Below the pieces are notes generated by a model. The model was not told the DNA's origin, did not search any database, and saw only the letters and a program-made list of their open reading frames with translations. Position numbers and translations under genes: made by a program. A DNA stretch of 64,000 nt from Octopus sinensis (Eukaryota): contig NC_042998.1 of NCBI RefSeq assembly GCF_006345805.1, forward strand, positions 189,658,001-189,722,000, written 5' to 3'. This document shows, piece after piece, positions 55,194 through 64,000 of the stretch. Position 1 is the first letter of the stretch; every line of letters begins with the position of its first letter.

Positions 55194-55766
55194 TATATTC
55201 TTTTCTACTATAGGTACGAGGCCCAGAATTTTTGGGGAGTGGGCCAGTCAATTAGATCGGCCCCAGTACGCAACTGGTACTTAATTTATCGACCTCGAAA
55301 GGATGAAAGGAGAAGTCGTAAATGCAGACGAAATGCCGCTAAGCATTTCGCCCGGCGTGCTAACGTTTCTTATTTCTTTATTGCCCACAAGGGGCTAAAC
55401 ATAGAGGGGACAAAAAGGCCAGATAAAAGGGATTAAGTCGATTACATCGAACACCAGTGCGTAACTGGTACTTAATTTATCGACCCCGAATGGATGAAAG
55501 GCAAACTCAGAACGTAACGGTAGATAAAATACATATTTCTTTACTACCCACAAGGGGCTAAACACAGAGAGGACAAACAAGGACAGACAAACGGATTAAG
55601 TCGATTACATCGACCTCTGTGCGTAACTGGTACTTAATTTATCGACCCTGAAAGGATGAAGGGCAAAGTCGACCTCGGCAGAATTTGAACTCAGAACGTA
55701 ACGGCAGACGAAATACCGCTAAGCATTTCGCCCGGCATGCTAATGTTTCTGCCAGCTCGTCGCCTT
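55194..55766 (-). mobile_element. Tandem or nested array of three SINE family A units
   Basis: The core GTAACTGGTACTTAATTTATCGACC occurs three times; only the last unit has a complete head. Confidence 0.85.
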
Positions 55767-55795
55767 GGGTTTCTACAGATATTGGAAACAGAATC

Positions 55796-55845
<50 letters not shown>

Positions 55846-56250
55846 GTGTGTGTGTGTGTGTGAGTGTGTGTGTGCGTGTGTGCGTGGGTGAGCGTGCGTG
55901 TGTGAACGTTCCGGTCTTACAAACTCACTCACAAGATATTGGTCGGCGCGGGGCCAGAGTGAAAGATACTTGGATGCAAAGCGAACTTTTTAGCCATTCA
56001 CAAACATACATATACATTCTCACACAAGGAAGACTAATATCGTTTATTTTTTTCTAATTTTGGTCAGTAATTTCGGGGACGGGAGGAGGTCGATTACAGT
56101 GTTCAATTGGTACTTATTCGATCGGTTTCTTTTGCCGAACCGCTGGTTTACAGGGACTTAAACATACCAACACCGGTTGTCAAGCTTTGGTGGTGGTGGT
56201 GAGAACCAAAAAACACAAAGTCACACACACATATATATGTATATATCACA

Positions 56251-56525
56251 CATGATCACATGACCGACGAGGCTATCAGATGTTGCTACACATCGCTGGT
56301 CACAATGCGCTTCGCATTGTTTTAGCCTTCAAATGACGCCACCCCGCTGGCTAAGCGAGCAGGCCAACAGAAGAAAGTTGTAGCGAAAGAGTACAGCAGG
56401 GATCACCATCCCCTGCCGGAGCCTCGTGGAGACTTTAGGTGTTTTCGCTCAATAAACACTTACAATACCCGGTCTGGGAATCGAAACCGCGAGTCCGCTG
56501 CCCTAACCACTGGGCCATTGCGCCT

Positions 56526-56526
<1 letters not shown>
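56251..56526 (-). mobile_element. tRNA-derived SINE, family C
   Basis: Minus-strand head GAGGCGCAATGGCCCAGTGGTTAGGGCAGCGGACTCGCGGTTTCGATTCCCAGACC has clear A and B boxes. Confidence 0.75.
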
Positions 56527-56575
<49 letters not shown>

Positions 56576-56714
56576 TATATATAAGTAAAAAAATACAAAC
56601 TGGGACAAGAACGCACAACATTAGGAGACGATAGAAAAACACGTTCCTGTCCCAGTTTGTATTTTTTACCATATTTATATAGCGACGCACGTACCCTTTT
56701 GTCTTATATGTAAG

Positions 56715-56777
<63 letters not shown>

Positions 56778-56814
56778 CATATATATATGTATGTTTGTGT
56801 GTGTGTATATGTAT

Positions 56815-56980
56815 ACACGACGGGCATCTTTCAGCTCACGTCTAACAAAACCACCCGCAAGGCTTTGGTCGGCCCGAGGCTATGGTAGAAGAGACTTGCC
56901 TAAGGTGTCACGCTCTGAGACTGAACCTGAAGCCTTGTGTCTGGGAAGCAAACTTCTTATCACACATCCACGCTTACGTC
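56815..56980 (-). mobile_element. Diverged SINE family B fragment
   Basis: Reverse-complement family B body and head. Confidence 0.75.
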
Positions 56981-57804
56981 TATGTTAATTTCTATTAATC
57001 CATCGCCATGCCAGAGATTGATCTGCTTCATAGATTAAACAATTATTGAAATTTTCAAGTAAATTTGCGAGCTGCGTGTGTGTGTTTGTTTACACACACA
57101 CACATATATTATACATACACACACACGCAATATATATACATACACACATACACACAATATACATACACATACACACAGTATACATATACACATGCGCGCA
57201 CATGGGCTGAGATAAATAGGACTGATAAAACAAACAAGAGTAAAAATCTCGGTGTAAACAGATAGGTTAATAGAAAGGGCAGTGTGTGAGTGGGGTAGAA
57301 AGTGAAAGGAAGAGAGATAGAAAGAGAGCGAAGGTGAGAGAGAAGGAGAGAGGAGAATGTGTAAGAGAGAGAGAGAGAGAGGGTAGAGATATAGATATAT
57401 ATAGTAAAGACAGATTGTGAATAAAAAAGAACAAGGAAGAAGCTTAATTTTCAAAGTGCAGCAGGGTAATAAGTGTGTGTGGAGTGTAATCTTTTAAGTG
57501 ACGGTTCCAGTAGCATGACTGCTCTCTAGACGCACATACGCATATAGACCACACACACGCACACACAGACACACACACATATGTACACACACACACACAC
57601 ACACGCATACACACAAAGATTACCATCCCCCTTCCGCTTTAATTTTTTTTGTCAATGTCACTCATTTCTGGTTTTCTTTATCCCTCCCCCAACTCGCCCT
57701 CTGCCACCACCACACACGTCTCTTCACTTTCTTCCCCACATCTCCATCACTCTCACCCTCTCTCTCTCTCTCTGTCAGTCTGCCTGTCTGTCTGTCACGC
57801 TTAC

Positions 57805-58110
57805 CCACTCACCTCCTCCCCCCCTCTCTCTCTATCTCTCTAGCTCATTTACTAGTTCTTTGATAAAGGTTTTTCTCGTGTAAAAATCAGGTCACTCTAG
57901 CCTTATGTCACGCGTCCGCAGTTAGCGGGGGAGATGTAATTTATGTGACGTCCGACACGCGACTAGTGTTGTGGTAGTCCGTTCGTGGGTCACGTGCCGA
58001 ACACCTGCTTAACTGAAAGTCCAGCTGATGTCATCTAACTGTAGTCTTCAATCCCAGCTAGTTGCACAGATGGTTCAGATTTCAGAAAATGAATAAATCC
58101 TTGATTGGTT
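57805..58110. promoter_or_regulatory. CpG-rich, motif-dense non-repetitive island (candidate promoter or enhancer)
   Basis: 12 CpG in 57911-57999. Motifs are TGACGT (57946), GTCACGTG (E-box CACGTG 57991), CACCTG (58002), CAGCTG (58022), TGATGTCA (58026) and ATTGG (58104). Minus-strand donors GAG|GTGAGT (57812) and GG|GTAAGC (57804) lie next to it. Confidence 0.35.
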
Positions 58111-58560
58111 TCCAAACTATATGAATGAATGAATGCTCACATGCAGTGATAGTTGTTTGTTGCGTATCACGTATGCATGATATTTTACGTGCGTAAGTGT
58201 GTGTGTGCGTGGTGTGTGTGTGTATGTGTATGTGTGTGCGTGTATGTATGTAAGTGTGTGTGAGTGTGTGTGTGTGTGTGTGGTGTGAGTTACCTGTATA
58301 TTCTGATTTGTAAAAAAATTCTATCGACATATTTGCAATTACTCCTGTGAAGAAAAAACTTTTATATGTATCTATATGCGTGTGTGTGTGAGTGTGTGTT
58401 TGTGTGTGTTTGTGTGTGTGTGTGTGCGTGTGTGAATGTATGCATGTGAAAATTTATATATATATATATATATATGTATTATATAATATAATTAAATAAT
58501 ACATATGTAATAAATATAGACATGTACTAAATTATATTATATATATATATATATATATAT

Positions 58561-58721
58561 AGGCACCGGAGCGGCTGTGTGGTAATAGCTTGCTTACCAA
58601 CCACATGGTTCCGGGTCCAGTCCCACTGCGTGGCACCTTGGGCAAGTGCCTTCTACTATAGCCTCGGGCCGACCAAAGCCTTGTGAGTGAATTTGGTAGA
58701 CGGAAACTGAAAGAAGCCCGT

Positions 58722-58763
<42 letters not shown>

Positions 58764-58960
58764 ACGGGCTTCTTTCAGTTTCCGTATATATATGTGTGTG
58801 TGTGTTTGTCTCCACCACCATCGTTTGAAAACCGATTTTGGTAAGTTAACGGTTCGGCAAAAGAGACCGATAGAATAAGTACTAAGCTTACAAAGAATAA
58901 GTCCGGGGGTCGATTTGCTCCATCATGACCGCAGTCAAATGATTGAAAAAATAAAAGAAT
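58561..58960 (+). mobile_element. SINE family B containing a snap-back palindrome at 58700-58785
   Basis: Family B head and body, an inverted copy of the body end across (TA)19, then the family B 3' part. Confidence 0.85.
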
Positions 58961-58979
58961 ATATATATATAATCACACA

Positions 58980-59028
<49 letters not shown>

Positions 59029-60320
59029 ACACACACACTCGCACATGCATACCATTGTTAATTTTAAAATTATAAGAAGCGCCAGTATTTAAATTTCATA
59101 CGATACTGCTGTTAAATATACCACTGTCTCAAATTTTATTCTCTACTAATGATTTGGTTAAATATTTAGCTAGTGTATTAGTTTAAATCACAACTGCTTT
59201 AACCCAGCATCTTTAATTTTATCCAACGCCACAGTTTAATTTCAAAGTCTACTTTCGTTTTAATTTAAAACTAGGCTCATCGTTTTACTCAAGTATTGTA
59301 CTCTGCTTTTATCTTAGCCCTTTGTGTTTATAAAATACTGTTTCACAATTTAAATTTACTACCTTAACGCTGTTTTTACTTTATATTATATCACAGTTTT
59401 AAGTAAACGCTACTCTAAACCACAATTTTAATACTCTACCCTATTTTGATAAAATATTATATCACATCGCGGTTTTAATTTTTATATTACACTAGTTTTA
59501 ACTTAATACTTAATACAATGTCACTATTTTAATTCTATAATATTGTTTTATTCTAATATACAATAGTCTTAATTAAATATATAACTATTGGTTAATTCTA
59601 TAATTTACTTTAATATTATATGAAATTTTTAGTTCTGTATTGTACCACTATTTAAATTTTAAAATTTCAACACTGTTATAATTTAAATCTAAACTATTTT
59701 AATTTGATATTATATAATTGTTTTAATTAAATACAACACCATTACAACTCTAATTTAATATTATGATATATAATATTTATTTAATATATAGCACAGTATT
59801 CATTCCATACTGTGCCTTTTAATTTTCAGTGTTTATTCAACTTAGAATTTAAATGTCTGTATGGACATGTATAATTAATTATATATACGCATATATAGCT
59901 CTATGTCTGATCTGTGCCTTGTACGAGTATGTATGCACATGTGTATGCACATAAGCATGTAGGTATATATGCATGTATACATATATATGGATATCATGTA
60001 TGCATGTGTGTGTGAGAGAGAGAGAGAGAGAGAAAGAGAAAGAGAGAGAGAGAGAAAGAGAAAGAGAGAGAGAAAGAGAGAGTGAGGGAGAGAGGAAGGT
60101 ACAGACATAGGGAAAGAAAGAGAGAGAGAACATCGCACATTGCCAGAAACTCTGAGTACCGACGGAATGAATTAACGACACTTACTGACATACACATCCC
60201 AGTGTGTGTGCACGTACGTATGATATATTGTATTCTATTCTCATCGGATACATATATATATGCATATGTGTATATAATATATATTATATTATATATATCA
60301 CACACACTTGTATATATATA

Positions 60321-60816
60321 CCGTAAATCCTCGAGTATAGTCCGCCCTTGAGTATAATACGCAGGGGATTTTTAGGAGGCTGTACCTCTGAAAAACCCAA
60401 ACCTTGTGTATAATATGCACCCCTTCTCTAACTTGAGACAAGGAGGTCTATATAATGTTCTTTGTTTGTAGAAATGTATACGGTAACGTCCTTTATTATT
60501 ATTGTATATATAACATAATGCAAACGTAGCTTTTTTGTGCATTTTGTTTGCAGAAAATAAAGAAATAACAGTAATAACAGTAATAACGTTTAATAAATGA
60601 TTCTTGGATGATTCTTTTATGACTTCATTGCTTTCAGGCTTAGCTTAAGGTATTTTCGCGCCCGACATCACAAAATGCGTCTGAATAAACATTGCCGGAC
60701 AGCAAATAGAGACTCGGACATTGCTTAGAAAATATTTTTCATTTTTAACCTCGCACTAAGGATTTTGACCATTAAATTTGTTGGGGAAAATGCGGATTAT
60801 ACTCGAGGATTTACGG
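60321..60816. mobile_element. 496-bp non-autonomous Tc1/mariner-pogo (Tigger-like) MITE
   Basis: 25-bp TIRs CCGTAAATCCTCGAGTATAGTCCGC (60321-60345) and GCGGATTATACTCGAGGATTTACGG (60792-60816) differ by one mismatch, with TA on both flanks. Confidence 0.88.
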
Positions 60817-61189
60817 TATATATATATATATATAATATTTTGGCACGAAATTGCACTCGACTCCTTGGCCAATAACTGATTAGGAGTTGGTGACCTGTGT
60901 TTGTTCTCCTTTCGTCTGTGCATTTAGTATATGGTTTTCAACTTGACCTTCTGTATCTTTCTTGCGTTCCTTTGTTAATTACTATACGTGTTTGACTGAA
61001 TACATACATGCATATTGAATTCTCCCTATATATATATATATATACACACACACGTATGTATGTATTGCATATGTATGAATGCGTTGGTGCTTTTTTGAAA
61101 AGTCACCTGAGGATATGCATCTGCACCTATAATGCACGACAATTGATTGTACAGTATCTCACCTGTAAGGTACGGGTGCATGATGAATC

Positions 61190-61414
61190 GAAACGATTGT
61201 GGTGGTTCCGAATAAGGGAGTCACTAGCACGGTGGCCGAAATGCTTAGCGGTATTTCGTCTGTCTTTACGTTTCGAGTTCAAATTCCGCCGAGGTCGACA
61301 TTGCCTTTCATCTTTTCGGGGTTGATAAATTAAGTACCAGTTGTGTACTGGAGTAGATCTAATCGACTGGCTCCCTTCCTCCAAATTTCGGGCCTTGTGC
61401 CTAGAGTAGAAAAG
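61190..61414 (+). mobile_element. SINE family A, variant tail
   Basis: GAAATGCTTAGCGGTATTTCGTCTG..GAGTTCAAATTCCGCCGAGGTCGAC..GATAAATTAAGTACCAG. Confidence 0.85.
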
Positions 61415-61467
61415 TGTGTACACACACACACACACACATACACACACACACACATACACACACACAC

Positions 61468-61530
<63 letters not shown>

Positions 61531-62014
61531 TTACGGGCGTGTTTACGTATGTATCAAACAAGGGGGTAAAAGGAATATTCAGTCGCTACTCTGATCATCA
61601 GACAAAATACTCTACTTCAGCGAAAAACTAAAAGCAGCAACGCATATACAGAAACATACTCACGAATAAAATGTACTCACACACCGACATACACCCACAC
61701 AAAAACCCTCACAGAAATATGTGTGTGTGTGAGTGTAAATATATGTTTACATAAAAGCACACACACACATACACTCACACATATGTATATACATACATGC
61801 ACACATATATAGATATATATAGATATATACATTATATATATTTGTTTAAATATTAATATATACATATGCATATGTGTGCGCGTGTGATTGTGTATGTGTG
61901 TGTATTTACCTGTGTCTGCGTATATATGTCAGAGGTAATCTTGTCTTAAGATGAATTTTGTCTTCAATATATCCATAATTTGATCTATTCCACTTTATAT
62001 ATATATATATATAT

Positions 62015-62050
<36 letters not shown>

Positions 62051-63005
62051 CACGTGTGTGAGTGTGTGTGTATGTGTGTGCATGTATGTATGTATGTGTG
62101 TACGTATGTGTGTGTAAGTGTATGTATATAAGTGTATATCTATCCCTACAATCTCTACATACAATATGTATATGCATTTGTAAACACGCACACACACACA
62201 CACACACGCACGCACACACATATATATATTTATATATGTATATGTGTACGTGTGTGTGCGTGAGTGAATGTTTTATAAGTGTATATCTATCTCTCCATAT
62301 ATATATGTTACAATATGCATATGCATTTGTACACAGACACACACATATCTCCATTTGGAACTAATTTTTCTCTTTTCATATATTTATTTATAATTGTCTT
62401 TCTGAATCTCCATTGCATCTGAATCCCCCGTTGTATGTGTTAAGAGCATATATGAGAACAGGGAGAAAACAGTCTTTCAAGAAGCGAGTTAAAGCTATTT
62501 TTTTTTCTTCCTAATCCTTTAAAAAGGGCATCCATAATACAAATTTATCTACTCCGTTTGTTTTTTTTTTTAAACCTCACTGCGTGGTTTATCTTATATG
62601 AATATAGGTTGATCCATTATTCTACATTTTTTTTCCCGAGGTAACAATTTATTTTCTTTACTTCTTTTTCGCTTTCTGTCTACGTCGTGAGTTTTAAACT
62701 CACCTGAATGGTCAGCGTAAATGAAAGCTTCCAGGTGCTTCGTTTCTTAAAGATTAGTTGTCACTAAGCCGTTAGTCGACAGCTGATTTTGATGGAGATT
62801 AAAACAATTACGCCCTCTGGTATCTATCTTTCTACATCCTATATTATACTTGTAGTCACTCAACATAGATACCCATTGTTGTGTTGCTGTTGTTTTTTTT
62901 GGTTTTTTTTTGCTTTTCGAACGTATGAAATATTTAGATAAGAACAGGAAATACTCGTCGTCAATGTTGTATAGTGAACAGCATTTAGAAATGGTATTCC
63001 ACGGT

Positions 63006-63220
63006 AAGGCGGCGAGCTGACAGAAACGTTAGCACATCGGGTGAAATGCTTTGCGGTATTTCGCCTGTCTTATTCCGCCGAGGTCGACTTTGCCTTTCAT
63101 CCTTTCGGGGTCGATAAATTAAGTACCATTTACGCACTGGGGTCGATATAATCGACTTAATCCGTTTGTCTGTCCTTGTTTGTCTTCTCTGTGTTTAGCC
63201 CCTTGTGGGTAGTAAAGAAA
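63006..63220 (+). mobile_element. SINE family A with a small internal deletion
   Basis: AAGGCGGCGAGCTGACAGAAACGTTAGCAC..CCTTTCATCCTTTCGGGGTCGATAAATTAAGTACC..GTGGGTAGTAAAGAAA. Confidence 0.9.
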
Positions 63221-64000
63221 CAAGTATTCCACGTGTTTAGGTTGCACTCGTGAATGAGTAAAAATAAGTTGTAAGTGGAAAATATTTCAGTTCATTCAGT
63301 GTGTTATAGTGTCGCCAATGGCAGAATTTATAGCAAGTCATAGAAAGGATTTTTTGTTGTGACCATTTACATTCTGATTTCAAATCCTTCAGCCATGCTT
63401 TATATTCATCAAGAGTTGAAATAAAGTATTAATTAAGTAATAAAGTATTAATCAAGTACTGGGGGGTATATATAAACGTCCGTGTCCTTCTTCCCAGTTG
63501 GTGACCATTTACTAGTGACCAATGCTAATAATCAATAGTATGTTGCATTGTTTTTATTGTATAACTCCGAGTCAATCCTGGTTAAGTAGATCTATGATGG
63601 AAACCAACCGTGACTATCCTGATGGTTACGCTATCCAATATGCTTATATTTTAAAGACAGTTTGGTATACTTTGGTGAACATTTGACTGTTATTTATAGC
63701 AGAACGTGCCACCAGAGGTTCTCGCTATGCCTACATTTTCTTAATGTTATGTGTTTCACATGGATGCCTTATATCTTAGCGAGTTCCGCAAAGAATCAGT
63801 GAGGCTGTGATGAGAACACTCTTTCATAGCTTCTTTGACACAACCGATCGTGATGTAGATACATTCGCCTACTTGGACAGTAAGTGGCAAAAACGATAGA
63901 ACAGCAGATTAATGATTTGAGATATTTAACCACATCACTATGCATCTTGAGTTTAAATCCCTTCGTAGCGGACTTTATTTTCCACCGATAAAATAAATCT

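Noticed and set aside
55194-55766. Repeated about 25-bp core with intervening sequence resembling a CRISPR array
   Set aside because: The intervening segments are homologous SINE parts, not unique spacers, in a eukaryotic context.
61570-61605. Minus-strand CTGATGA TCAG..CTGA hairpin as a hammerhead
   Set aside because: There is no GAAA after stem II and no stems I or III.

Overview
AT-rich, microsatellite-dense eukaryotic DNA. The SINE, Penelope and mariner repertoire points to an octopus (coleoid cephalopod); this is an inference, not a database result. The only well-supported host gene is a LIM-homeobox gene of the Lhx3/4 class on the minus strand. It is represented by a LIM1 exon (27230-27401, 172 nt, missed by the ORF track) and a LIM2 exon (5554-5756, 203 nt), separated by a 21.5-kb intron. 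The homeodomain exons must lie left of position 1, and exon 1 could not be identified with confidence. The rest is intron or intergenic DNA holding tRNA-derived SINEs, decayed RTE, R4/Dong-like and Penelope-like (PLE) retroelement fragments, a Tc1 pseudogene, several MITE or foldback elements, and a 100-N gap. The most notable signal not covered by the ORF track is a set of minimal type I hammerhead ribozyme (HHR) motifs. Four have an intact CUGANGA/GAAA core and recognisable stems I-III, and four more are degenerate. Some lie in the sense strand of the Lhx3/4 pre-mRNA, including a same-strand pair with predicted cleavage sites 354 nt apart in a retrozyme-like arrangement. Almost all ORFs in the supplied track are microsatellite translations. 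All analysis was by eye; no searches were run.
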